Source: a virus
Lineage: Duplodnaviria > Heunggongvirae > Uroviricota > Caudoviricetes
Strand: one strand, 5' to 3'
IMG/VR virus record: IMGVR_UViG_3300031857_000009
Length of the DNA: 64,000 nucleotides
Made by a program: the position numbers and the translations under genes. Below are positions 1 to 8,566 of the stretch, piece after piece; position 1 is the stretch's first letter; every line of letters starts with the position of its first letter. The notes under the pieces were generated by a model. That model ran no database searches. It saw nothing but the letters and a program-made list of their open reading frames with translations, and was not told the DNA's origin.

Positions 1-1
1 A

Positions 2-325
2 TATGTGGATGAATGTGTTGAAGCGGTTTTAAGACTAATGAGACAAGACTCTTTTTTGGGTCCTGTAAACATTGGTTCTGAAGAGAAAGTAACAATTAAT
101 GATTTGGCTCAAATGGCTATAGATATTTCAGGTAAAGAAATTTATATCAGAAATATTGGTGGGGAAGAATTTAAACAGAAGTATGGATATAAATGTCCTG
201 TTGGTGTGAGGGGAAGAAATTCAGACAATAAATTATACCACGAAAAAATAGGTTGGGTTGTTAGTGAACCTCTGTTCTATGGAATGGAAAAAACCTATAA
301 ATGGATTAATAGTTTAGTTAAATAA
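2..325 (+). CDS. NAD-dependent nucleotide-sugar epimerase/dehydratase, C-terminal part (GDP-mannose 3,5-epimerase-like); 5'-truncated by window
   Basis: Frame is open from base 2 (YVDECVEAVLRLM). PVNIGSEE and GVRGRNSDN...IGW match the C-terminus of GME-like extended SDR epimerases. Confidence 0.85.
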   Translation, partial: YVDECVEAVLRLMRQDSFLGPVNIGSEEKVTINDLAQMAIDISGKEIYIRNIGGEEFKQKYGYKCPVGVRGRNSDNKLYHEKIGWVVSEPLFYGMEKTYKWINSLVK

Positions 326-357
326 AAAAGGGGGTTATTGACCCCCTTCTTTTTTTT
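324..357. terminator. Bidirectional Rho-independent terminator
   Basis: GGGGGT-TATTG-ACCCCC stem (330-346) flanked by an A-run (324-329) and a T-run (350-357), between convergent genes. Confidence 0.75.
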
Positions 358-628
358 CAATGTATTTTAATATAATTGCTAACGCCTCGTCGTCCCCATT
401 AAAATCTTTTTCGGGACAAAAAAAGGGTCCTTTACCAGTGTCGTCTTTTTTAATGTAAAAGGCGGGTAAATATTCATTACCCGTTTGTTCAATTACTTTA
501 TTCCAAATCTCTTTATTCTTACCAACTTCAACTTCTCGGTAAGGTAATGATTCTTTTTGGAGTCTCTCTTTTAATCTTTTACAACCTCCACAACCCTCAA
601 GTGTAAATAGAAGTAATTCATTCGCCAT
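335..628 (-). CDS. Glutaredoxin/thioredoxin-fold protein
   Basis: 97 aa; FTLEGCGGCKRLK CxxC motif near the N-terminus; YLPAF resembles the cis-Pro loop. Confidence 0.75.
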   Translation of the reverse strand: MANELLLFTLEGCGGCKRLKERLQKESLPYREVEVGKNKEIWNKVIEQTGNEYLPAFYIKKDDTGKGPFFCPEKDFNGDDEALAIILKYIEKKEGGQ

Positions 629-629
629 A

Positions 630-935
630 TTATAAAGTGTTTAATATTTCTTTGTAAAAAGAATCGGGTCTAACACCTGATGTTCTTGATACTTCGTTAT
701 TACCATTAAATATCATTACCGTTGGTACTGAACGTACCCCATATTCTTGAGAACCTGACATTTCAGAATCAACATTAACCTTGACGAATTTAACATCAGG
801 GTATTCGTGTTGTAGTAAATCTAATTTTGGTAATAACATTTTACATGGTCCACACCATTCAGCGTAAAAGTCGGCAAGAACTTTCTCACCGTTTTGTTTC
901 ATTTCATTTAGTTTTTCAACTGTTACTAATTCCAT
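630..935 (-). CDS. trxA: Thioredoxin
   Basis: DFYAEWCGPCK, VKVNVD, YGVRSVPT; 101 aa. Confidence 0.95.
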   Translation of the reverse strand: MELVTVEKLNEMKQNGEKVLADFYAEWCGPCKMLLPKLDLLQHEYPDVKFVKVNVDSEMSGSQEYGVRSVPTVMIFNGNNEVSRTSGVRPDSFYKEILNTL

Positions 936-947
936 TTTTCTTTAATT

Positions 948-2015
948 TTAAAATCCTATTTGTTTTTTATTTTCAACTCGAACCACGTCTTCATCGATAT
1001 TATAAATATCCGCAAGTGTAGTTGGTTTATCAACTGTTTTTTTCTTACCTAAGTGTTTTAATAATTTGTTAGATTCTTCAACACTTAGAGGTTCAAATTT
1101 ATGTTCACAAATTAATCTACCCTTTCTCAGTAGGGCTTGGTCAATTTTTTCTTTTTTCATATTGAAGGTAGCAACGATTTGAATATTCAAACAATCCCCA
1201 AGAATACCATCTGTTATGTTTAATATATTAGAAACACCAACAGAAGAACCGTTTAATTCTCTATCTGAAATTACTTTCTCGGCATCTTCAATAATCAGAA
1301 TAGAGTTTTTATGTTCCATCAAGAATGGAATAATTGAGGGTTCTGAAAGAGATTCGGCCATAGATGGTGGAATAAATAGTATCTCTTTATCGACAATCAA
1401 TCTTGTAAGGTACTTTATATACGAAGTTTTGCCCGTGCCGGGGTCTCCATGAAATAACACAATACCTTTATCATTTTTCTTGTTCAGTCGAGTGACAATA
1501 GTATCGTGTAGTTTTACAAACTTATCACCGTAATTTAATTTTATGTCAACATCAGGTACATTTAATTCATATTCCTCGGTGTCCATATGACCATGTTCAG
1601 ATTTTACTAAACTAATACCACTCTTTTTTAATTCAAACTCAAATCCTGATATTTTTTTCAAATCAAAATTTGTATCAAATATACCATGAGATAATGTGTA
1701 ATAAAATTCTAACTCAAATAATAATTCTTCTTTTTCATATTTTGATTTTAATAATATTGCAGTTTTATTATTATCATTAAGAAGAAAAATTTCTGTATTT
1801 GGTTTATGTACTCTTCTTTTAGAGGTTGAATTTAATTCACATATAGGTCTATATCCATCTGATATGAAATAATCCATTACATCTGATGTATACACCTTCT
1901 CCGTCTTATAAACAGATGGTATTTCATCAAAGGTGTGAAGATACAATTGATTCGTTGGTACGTCGGTACCATACGATGTTTCATAAATAAAATATTGGTC
2001 TGGTGTTTTTCTCAT
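948..2015 (-). CDS. AAA+ ATPase (single AAA module, BCS1-like layout)
   Basis: Walker A GDPGTGKT, Walker B ILIIEDAE, sensor ATFN, Arg finger ALLRKGRL, C-terminal IGF. Confidence 0.85.
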   Translation of the reverse strand: MRKTPDQYFIYETSYGTDVPTNQLYLHTFDEIPSVYKTEKVYTSDVMDYFISDGYRPICELNSTSKRRVHKPNTEIFLLNDNNKTAILLKSKYEKEELLFELEFYYTLSHGIFDTNFDLKKISGFEFELKKSGISLVKSEHGHMDTEEYELNVPDVDIKLNYGDKFVKLHDTIVTRLNKKNDKGIVLFHGDPGTGKTSYIKYLTRLIVDKEILFIPPSMAESLSEPSIIPFLMEHKNSILIIEDAEKVISDRELNGSSVGVSNILNITDGILGDCLNIQIVATFNMKKEKIDQALLRKGRLICEHKFEPLSVEESNKLLKHLGKKKTVDKPTTLADIYNIDEDVVRVENKKQIGF

Positions 2016-2016
2016 T

Positions 2017-2307
2017 CTATTTGTAATAAAATTTTAAATCCGTTGATTCATAAAAGTAAATTCCATTAAATTCACTATCTTCTACTTTTTTAAAAATCAT
2101 CAAAGATACTCTTAGAAATTCAAGTTGTTCCTGTGTTAATTGAGGTTCACCTGTTTTTCTAAAATTATTTTCAGCGACTTTTAAAATACTATTATAAAAC
2201 TCATCTTCGTTCAAGTTTGATAAAAAATATTTTCTCGCTTCCTCATTACTTTCAAAGTAATTTTTAATTGTTTGCAAATATATCAAACTTTCAGGAGAAA
2301 AATCCAT
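2017..2307 (-). CDS. Hypothetical protein
   Basis: 96-aa ORF packed 1-2 nt from both neighbours on the same strand. Confidence 0.7.
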   Translation of the reverse strand: MDFSPESLIYLQTIKNYFESNEEARKYFLSNLNEDEFYNSILKVAENNFRKTGEPQLTQEQLEFLRVSLMIFKKVEDSEFNGIYFYESTDLKFYYK

Positions 2308-2309
2308 TT

Positions 2310-3200
2310 TTAATAATTCATAATCAGTAATTCAATACCTTCGTTTTGTGTTCCGTCTTTTTTAGCGGCAGCCGCCTTTTTGAAAGTTTCTTTAGCCCAT
2401 TTGTAACCAGTTGGTTGAAACATCAAAAGTTGTCCATTTTTACCAATACCAACACCATTTTCGGGGAACCAATCATGAAGTTGTTTAAACTCATAATAAG
2501 ATAAACTAAATTTACCTTGTATACCCTTTAATGTGTTTGCCAACCTTTCATGGTCATTACTATCAAAATCATGATTTGAATAATAATTTTCTGTTTTCCA
2601 ATAAGGGGGGTCCATGTAAAAATATGTTTTTGGCGAATCATACTTTTCAACAACTTTTTGGAAATCCATGTTTTCGACAAACGTGATTCTATCTAAATGT
2701 GCTCTATATTCAGGATGTTTGAGTTTGTCCATAAAGATTAACACCTTACATCTGTACTTACCCTTGTAATCAGTATAACTAGAAGTTTCGGGTTTGGAAC
2801 CTGAGAAAACTTGAGTTAATACGTAAACGTATTTTGCGGCAACATCAAAATTGGGCTCATCCCCAATGACTAATTCTTCGTTGAATACTTCTTTTTGGTA
2901 TGTACGGAACATTTGTTCATATTCAGGTGGGGTGTTTTCCACACCTAATTGTTGACATGGGTATTTCGCGAGTTCATCCCATAACCTATCGTAATGTTTA
3001 GCACATTTAAAAAGGTTTGCGTTCAATCGATTAAAGTCATTGTAAACGACTGTTTTGAGATTGGGGTATTTCTTTAGGTCCATATTAAAAAAGACCCAAA
3101 ACATACCCGAAAACCCCTCCACGTAGGTTTCAATATCATTAGGTATGAACGGAACAATCCACTTACCTATTCTAGCTTTTCCTCCAATGTAAGATATCAT
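2310..3200 (-). CDS. DNA adenine methyltransferase, D12/Dam family; target sequence unknown
   Basis: SYIGGK, YVEGFSGMFWV (motif I variant), YNDFN, YMDPPY (motif IV), FSLSYY, ELLIMNY. Confidence 0.9.
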   Translation of the reverse strand: MISYIGGKARIGKWIVPFIPNDIETYVEGFSGMFWVFFNMDLKKYPNLKTVVYNDFNRLNANLFKCAKHYDRLWDELAKYPCQQLGVENTPPEYEQMFRTYQKEVFNEELVIGDEPNFDVAAKYVYVLTQVFSGSKPETSSYTDYKGKYRCKVLIFMDKLKHPEYRAHLDRITFVENMDFQKVVEKYDSPKTYFYMDPPYWKTENYYSNHDFDSNDHERLANTLKGIQGKFSLSYYEFKQLHDWFPENGVGIGKNGQLLMFQPTGYKWAKETFKKAAAAKKDGTQNEGIELLIMNY

Positions 3201-3234
3201 TTATAATTTTATATTTTGCGTTATTAGTCCTCTA

Positions 3235-3263
3235 ACTATAAAAATATAAGAAACTTTTTTCAA
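3235..3263 (-). promoter_or_regulatory. Putative promoter of the MTase operon
   Basis: Minus strand TTGAAA-N17-TATAGT; the spacer also contains TATATTTT (3248-3241). Confidence 0.45.
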
Positions 3264-3285
3264 AAATGGAAATCAGTGCGCACTT

Positions 3286-3453
3286 TTATTTTACCGGCTG
3301 AGATTTGGTCTTTCCACCTTTCTGTCTTTTTCTTCTCGCGGCGCAGTGGGCTTTTTGAGAAAAACCTTTTGGATTGCTACAATCTATGGTCTTTTTATAT
3401 TTCATTGACCATTTTTCAACCACCATGTCTTCCAACAATTCAATCAATTTCAT
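3286..3453 (-). CDS. 55-aa small basic protein missed by the ORF track (possible virion-internal protein)
   Basis: Translated by hand: MKLIELLEDMVVEKWSMKYKKTIDCSNPKGFSQKAHCAARRKRQKGGKTKSQPVK*. The KWSxKYKKxIDCxNPKGFSQxAHC motif is recalled from large-phage hypotheticals. TATTTAT lies 4 nt upstream. Confidence 0.8.
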   Translation of the reverse strand: MKLIELLEDMVVEKWSMKYKKTIDCSNPKGFSQKAHCAARRKRQKGGKTKSQPVK

Positions 3454-3457
3454 ATTG

Positions 3458-3473
3458 ATAAATACTTATTTAT
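3458..3473. promoter_or_regulatory. Back-to-back TATTTAT motifs (ATAAATA-CT-TATTTAT) serving a divergent gene pair
   Basis: Perfect 7-bp inverted repeat between divergent starts at 3453 (-) and 3491 (+). Confidence 0.6.
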
Positions 3474-3490
3474 TACTTATTTTTTGTATT

Positions 3491-3655
3491 ATGGGATGTT
3501 CTAATTGTAAACAGAAGAAAGAAATGGCTCCTCCAACAAAGGAGTCATTGGAAAGATTAGCACAAAAGACAGAAAAGGTGATGTATGGTGCTTTTATTAT
3601 TTGGAGTGTTTTCGCGGTTTACGGAATCTACTCCTTTGTTAAAAACTTTCTATGA
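3491..3655 (+). CDS. 54-aa protein with N-terminal CxxC and one C-terminal TM helix
   Basis: MGCSNCKQKK...GAFIIWSVFAVYGIYSFV. The ATG at 3491 is preferred over the track start at 3374, which would overlap the opposite-strand gene; ATGA overlap with the next gene. Confidence 0.7.
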   Translation: MGCSNCKQKKEMAPPTKESLERLAQKTEKVMYGAFIIWSVFAVYGIYSFVKNFL

Positions 3656-4290
3656 AAAATGGAAAATACTTTGTAGTTCTCTTTTGTAACAAGAAAAGAG
3701 TTAAAATTCTATACAGGTGTCAAAAAAGGACAACTGTGTACGAGTATTGGCATGAATATAAGACAGAGAAAAAACCAAGATTTGTAAAAACACAAAACAG
3801 AAAAAGAAACAACGAAGTAGTTTATGAACTTGCGTTAATTTTTCCTAACAATAGGTGGGCGACTAAAACATTTGTCAAGGATAGTTTGGGGAGATTGATT
3901 GAGGCTAAGTACGAAGATGATAAATTCAGAATCAAAGAGATAATTCCTTATTGGAAAGAAGAACTAATATACGATTTTCAAAAGAAGGAAAGAATTAGAT
4001 ATCATGAATTGTTAGAACAAATAACATCTATAAATGAAATAGGTCAAATATTCACATTGAATAATAAACTATTTGTTCAAAACGATGATAATATACTGTT
4101 GTTTGGAAATAAGAACATCCGTGACGCTAAAAGGTTGTTTGAATTGATAAGAGAGGACGTTCTAAAAAAGAAGAAAGGTAATTTCATATTCATAAAAGAC
4201 GTGTCAACCGCACAAAGAAAATTGTTATATCAACTACTTGAATCCAAAGGATTTAAAAAATCAGAATTATTTAGACACTACTCTTATTAA
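3652..4290 (+). CDS. Hypothetical basic protein
   Basis: 212-aa ORF coupled to the upstream gene. Confidence 0.75.
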   Translation: MKNGKYFVVLFCNKKRVKILYRCQKRTTVYEYWHEYKTEKKPRFVKTQNRKRNNEVVYELALIFPNNRWATKTFVKDSLGRLIEAKYEDDKFRIKEIIPYWKEELIYDFQKKERIRYHELLEQITSINEIGQIFTLNNKLFVQNDDNILLFGNKNIRDAKRLFELIREDVLKKKKGNFIFIKDVSTAQRKLLYQLLESKGFKKSELFRHYSY

Positions 4291-4504
4291 AGATGATATC
4301 CACCTGACCAATTTTAATTGTAAAAGTTTTGTCGGGTTTAACCATTCGACTATTTTGTTTTTTTGAGATATAATCAAAAGTTTGTAGAAACTTTTCGTTT
4401 TCTAACTCAATAACCAATGTGCACGATTTAGTATCCAAATTAATTTTTTCAATTAAATCTGATATTATTGCCAATTGATTTATCAAGTCACCTTTTTTTT
4501 CCAT
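4271..4504 (-). CDS. Hypothetical protein
   Basis: Likely start ATG 4504 (MEKKGDLINQ); the track start at 4510 is an alternative codon. Confidence 0.65.
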   Translation of the reverse strand: MEKKGDLINQLAIISDLIEKINLDTKSCTLVIELENEKFLQTFDYISKKQNSRMVKPDKTFTIKIGQVDIIFNKSSV

Positions 4505-4694
4505 ATCCAAAAATTATAGAAAGTCTTTTAAAAAAAGAAAGTTTTTCTTTTTTAGGGGTCTCAAACATTTTGGTTTTATCCAATTTTTTGATTTCCTCAA
4601 TCATTTGATTCTTGTGGGATTGTATCTCCTTGGAGTCCCTCTCCACTTCCCGATTCAACCAATTTAATCCCTGTTGTATTCTCTTGTCTTGCAT
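4488..4694 (-). CDS. Hypothetical protein
   Basis: MQDKRIQQGLNWL...; fills the gap between neighbours but overlaps the upstream gene by about 98 nt. Confidence 0.6.
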   Translation of the reverse strand: MQDKRIQQGLNWLNREVERDSKEIQSHKNQMIEEIKKLDKTKMFETPKKEKLSFFKRLSIIFGYGKKR

Positions 4695-5052
4695 CCTCAA
4701 TAAATGATATTTCTTTTAACTTATCAAGTGTCTGGTGTTGAAACAAAACTTCTAACTCTTTAATCTTTTGTTGTAAGAGTCTTTGTTTCTCTTCCATTTC
4801 TTTATTCATGGTTATTATTTCTTTTGCACAAGAAAAAACAACATCATAACCATCAGCGGTTGCATTACTGATTAATGAAACCAAAGTAAATTTCTCATTT
4901 TTATCTTGTATCTTATATTTGATAGATTTGTATTGAGAAATTATTGATTCGATTTTCCAAGTAACAGGAAGTTTAATGTCTAAACTTACGTTATTGTCTA
5001 TTTCTCTCAAAGAGAAAAAATATGGTCTTAAATGTCTTATATTGTCAAACAC
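4597..5052 (-). CDS. Hypothetical protein with C-terminal coiled coil
   Basis: 151-aa ORF. Confidence 0.7.
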   Translation of the reverse strand: MFDNIRHLRPYFFSLREIDNNVSLDIKLPVTWKIESIISQYKSIKYKIQDKNEKFTLVSLISNATADGYDVVFSCAKEIITMNKEMEEKQRLLQQKIKELEVLFQHQTLDKLKEISFIEDARQENTTGIKLVESGSGEGLQGDTIPQESND

Positions 5053-5056
5053 TAAA

Positions 5057-5239
5057 TTATATTATTAAAAATGTTATTATGTAAGAAACCGCAAGATAAA
5101 ACAAAACAGATTCTATTTTGGTCAACTTTAATATTGAGGGTTGTTCTGAGAAGAATTTTATCAAAAATTCAACACAGAACCTTAGTACGTAAATGGTACT
5201 CAATACCATCAAAAAAATAAAGATATAATTAATCATCAT
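5057..5239 (-). CDS. Small membrane protein (2 TM)
   Basis: Two hydrophobic segments in 60 aa. Confidence 0.65.
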   Translation of the reverse strand: MMINYIFIFLMVLSTIYVLRFCVEFLIKFFSEQPSILKLTKIESVLFYLAVSYIITFLII

Positions 5240-5411
5240 GTTTTTTTATTTCTTGTAATAGTTCTTTTCTATAAAGAGGAATTAACTCTTTTATTTCTTG
5301 AGCATATTTTCTAGCTCGAATAGATGCACTTCTATTACCCTTTTCGAATACCTTGGTGGTATCAACAGACATTTTTTCCACCAAGTCTTTGATTTGTTTA
5401 AGTGTGTCCAT
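5229..5411 (-). CDS. Histone H1-like protein, Hc1 family (short Bacteroidota type)
   Basis: FEKGNRSASIRARKYAQEIKELIPLYRK matches the recalled Hc1 core KGNKAAGxRARKxxxELxxLxKxxRK. Confidence 0.75.
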   Translation of the reverse strand: MDTLKQIKDLVEKMSVDTTKVFEKGNRSASIRARKYAQEIKELIPLYRKELLQEIKKHDD

Positions 5412-5446
5412 TTTTCCGTTTTTATATATAGTATACGGAAAATAAA

Positions 5447-5911
5447 CTACTTTTTCAAGTTTTGTTCGAATAATTTATAAATTTCTGTGAGAATGTCCAA
5501 CTCGGACCTTGACTTTTGATATCTAAAATCAAATAACTTGTAAAAGTATTCAGATATTCTATTTTCTTTTTCTTCCAATTTAACAAAATAGTACGCCTCA
5601 TAGAAAAAATTCCACATATATTCATAGTGGGTTCCTTTCTCCTTGAAGAATATTTTTTCTTTATCAAAATTGGTGATTATTTTATTCCAACACCAATTAA
5701 AATGGTTTCGTTGGTCTATTTCGTCATAAAGTACATCAGAACCTAAAAAGGTTTCGTCTACTAAATCATATAAAGAAGATAGGAAATCATAAAATAATAT
5801 TATTTTATCCCTATTAATGTTGTAGGTTCTATACCAAATGTCTATTTGATGTTTGTATTTTTCAGAAATATCTGACTCAATATACTCTTCTCTATTTTCC
5901 ATAATCCTCAT
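5447..5911 (-). CDS. Hypothetical protein
   Basis: 154-aa aromatic-rich ORF. Confidence 0.75.
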   Translation of the reverse strand: MRIMENREEYIESDISEKYKHQIDIWYRTYNINRDKIILFYDFLSSLYDLVDETFLGSDVLYDEIDQRNHFNWCWNKIITNFDKEKIFFKEKGTHYEYMWNFFYEAYYFVKLEEKENRISEYFYKLFDFRYQKSRSELDILTEIYKLFEQNLKK

Positions 5912-5952
5912 CTGTTAAAATATAAGGATAAAAGAAAACAAAAAAAAGAAGA

Positions 5953-7278
5953 TTACTGAGTACTTTCGTTGTATCCGATGATTTTTTTCATTCTCGAGAT
6001 TTCCTCATTCACAATTGAAGTCATTGTAGTTTTAGATTCATTCACACTCTTTACTTTTAAAGGTTGAACTCCTCTTGCTCCATGGAATGCTTCAGGTGCG
6101 TCTTTCTCTTTTTCTTTTTTTCTTTCAGCCGATTTACTTAATCTCTCTCCTGTTTTTGTTTTTATAACGTTAGCAGCATTTTGTGAGTTACCCATTTTTG
6201 AGTCACCTTCTAATGCCATTTTTAATCTTTTTTTGAATGATTCTGATGGTTCAAAATCATAATTTAAATCTAAAAGGGTACCACCCTTCATATTATCATC
6301 AATATACTCTTCTTGTTTCTCAGTTGGGTTTACCGCCATTTTTTCACCTTTACCAACTTGTTTTGGAAACTCAGGATTATCATTACCATCAAATGTTGAT
6401 GCTTTTTTCAGTTTTTTCTGAACATCTTTAATTGCGTCGTCATTTTCTTTTTTAGAACCACTCTGAGCTTTCTTAGTTACCGCAATACCGGGTACCGCCT
6501 CACTTAGATTTTTTTTTGAATCAATTACCATTTTTTTAATCAAAGAAACCATTTCACTTTCAGTAAGTCTAAGAACCGATTTCTTAGATTCATACATACC
6601 AGTACCACACTCTGAACACATTCCTTCCTCATTCATGGGTGAACCACACTCACTACACGTACCCATTTCACCTTCATTTGTATCAATATCTTTAGTGATT
6701 GTTACTTTATGCATTTTACCACTTCCTTTAGGGAATTCGAATTCTTTTTTACCAGCATCTCTCGCTTTATCAGCAGCCAAAACAAACGCGCTTGATTCCT
6801 CCACATTTGTTTCTTCTTCCATATAACCTTGTCCACACTCATCACAAACACCTTCCTCTTCTTCAAGTTGTTTCCATGATTCTTCAACATTATGTACTTT
6901 TCCGTTAAATTTAATTTCTTTTAGACCTTTTTCTTTAGCGGATAAAATGGCTTCTGCCATGCTCGATACTTTAATTTTTTTCATTTTTGTGGTTTCTTTA
7001 TTTTCTTCTAATTCTTCTCCCATCTGGTCTAATTTATCAATCATTTCAGTTGGTGAATTATATTTTACTTTTTCGATTATGAACTCCTTTTTAGGATGTT
7101 TCTTTTTATAAATATCCAAATGTTGCATTGCAATTTCTTCGGATTCAAATGTTTCAACGGGTTCTCCCTCGCAAGTAATTTGAAACATATCTTGAGATTT
7201 TTTATTTTCTTTTAATATGGTTCTTTTTACTTCGTCAAATAATGACTCCGAAATGATATTTGATATATTCTTTTTCAT
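5953..7278 (-). CDS. Acidic/Lys-rich protein with three CxxCG knuckles; possible internal head/scaffold-like protein
   Basis: 441 aa; CDECG, CSECG, CSECG; many L/I-x-E sites; TATTTAT 7 nt upstream. Confidence 0.7.
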   Translation of the reverse strand: MKKNISNIISESLFDEVKRTILKENKKSQDMFQITCEGEPVETFESEEIAMQHLDIYKKKHPKKEFIIEKVKYNSPTEMIDKLDQMGEELEENKETTKMKKIKVSSMAEAILSAKEKGLKEIKFNGKVHNVEESWKQLEEEEGVCDECGQGYMEEETNVEESSAFVLAADKARDAGKKEFEFPKGSGKMHKVTITKDIDTNEGEMGTCSECGSPMNEEGMCSECGTGMYESKKSVLRLTESEMVSLIKKMVIDSKKNLSEAVPGIAVTKKAQSGSKKENDDAIKDVQKKLKKASTFDGNDNPEFPKQVGKGEKMAVNPTEKQEEYIDDNMKGGTLLDLNYDFEPSESFKKRLKMALEGDSKMGNSQNAANVIKTKTGERLSKSAERKKEKEKDAPEAFHGARGVQPLKVKSVNESKTTMTSIVNEEISRMKKIIGYNESTQ

Positions 7279-7782
7279 TTACTTAATAAATATCTTATTT
7301 ATTTCATTTATTACAATTTTCTCGACCTGAGAATACGGTAATCCTAATTTTTTTGATACATTATAAACGGATTCTTTCAATTCTTGGTCTTCAAAAAAAT
7401 CTAAACTTTTGATATCACCCTGATTACAGTAAGGATATTTTTTACATCTTTCTTTTACCTTTACATAAACACCACCAGGACCTCCCCATTTTGGGAAATT
7501 TTTATCTTTTACCGCTCGACTGTTCATGATACTATTGGGACCATTGATTTTTAATGGGTTCGACCTACCAGCACTATAAGAAGTGTCATATTGTCCTGAA
7601 GAAGAAGAGTCTGTAACTTCACTTAATTCTTCTTCAAAATTATGAATCTTTTTTATTTTCCTTTTAACTAATGGACCGCTCAGAGCTCCCTCAAATGAAC
7701 CTGAGGAATCTGCAGAAGTTTCATTTGTATCTTTTGGGGAAGATTTTTTCCCTCTCAATATTTTCTCGAAATTATATGACAT
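7279..7782 (-). CDS. Hypothetical protein (CKKYPYCNQG motif)
   Basis: 167-aa ORF abutting its neighbours. Confidence 0.7.
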   Translation of the reverse strand: MSYNFEKILRGKKSSPKDTNETSADSSGSFEGALSGPLVKRKIKKIHNFEEELSEVTDSSSSGQYDTSYSAGRSNPLKINGPNSIMNSRAVKDKNFPKWGGPGGVYVKVKERCKKYPYCNQGDIKSLDFFEDQELKESVYNVSKKLGLPYSQVEKIVINEINKIFIK

Positions 7783-8021
7783 TATCTAACACTTTTTAAG
7801 GGTTGTTCCCAAAAAGACTTACGTTGCCATAGTGTTTTGAAAAGTTCCACAACAACTTTAGATGATAGGTCAACGATTCTTTCATCAACTGACCTAGCAC
7901 CTATCTCTTTTTGTATTATTTTCATTACAATGGTATGTGCTTGAGTGGTCTCAAGAAAATCTTTCATTTCTTTTCTTGCAATCTTTTCAATTTCTTTAAC
8001 ATCGGTGTTTGTAAGTGCCAT
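7782..8021 (-). CDS. Hypothetical protein
   Basis: 79-aa ORF with 1-nt stop/start overlaps. Confidence 0.7.
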   Translation of the reverse strand: MALTNTDVKEIEKIARKEMKDFLETTQAHTIVMKIIQKEIGARSVDERIVDLSSKVVVELFKTLWQRKSFWEQPLKSVR

Positions 8022-8566
8022 TATGCGTTCATTCTATCTCTAATTAATGGCTCCATAGCCGATGTGAAAGTTGGTTCAAATTTTCTCAATTTTTCTAACA
8101 TGTCCATTGTTTCGTCGTCTAATAATAACATGTCGCCATTTATGTATAACCCACTACCTTCACCCGAAATCATAACAAAATTAATTTCTAAGTCTGTAAT
8201 TTCACCATCAAGTCTGATTTCAGTCTCGGTTATGGTAATTCCAGGTTCTAAACTTGCAATTTGTGAAACTTGTTGTCTAAATGAATCAATTATTTGTGAT
8301 AAGGCGGTTTTTTCTTCAGGTTTAAGTTTTATATCCTCTTGGTCAGAAGACAATAATTTAACATCCACATCATTAACAACCTCCACGTTATCGTACTGTT
8401 TTTTGTTTAACTCGTTATCGGTATTTTGTGTATTGGTATTAGGTTGTTGAGTTTCATCCTCTTCCTTAATCAAATTCTTGTTGGTGTACACGGTTTCATT
8501 AAGAGACCTTAACGTCTTTAACATACCTTTTATCTCGTCGTACCCCGATGTTTTTCTATTGTTCAT
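8021..8566 (-). CDS. Hypothetical acidic protein
   Basis: 181-aa ORF coupled to its neighbours. Confidence 0.7.
   Translation of the reverse strand: MNNRKTSGYDEIKGMLKTLRSLNETVYTNKNLIKEEDETQQPNTNTQNTDNELNKKQYDNVEVVNDVDVKLLSSDQEDIKLKPEEKTALSQIIDSFRQQVSQIASLEPGITITETEIRLDGEITDLEINFVMISGEGSGLYINGDMLLLDDETMDMLEKLRKFEPTFTSAMEPLIRDRMNA

Noticed and set aside
3276-3490. Plus-strand ORF 3276-3458 and the 3374 start extension
   Set aside because: Both overlap the better-supported minus-strand 55-aa gene and have antisense-like composition.
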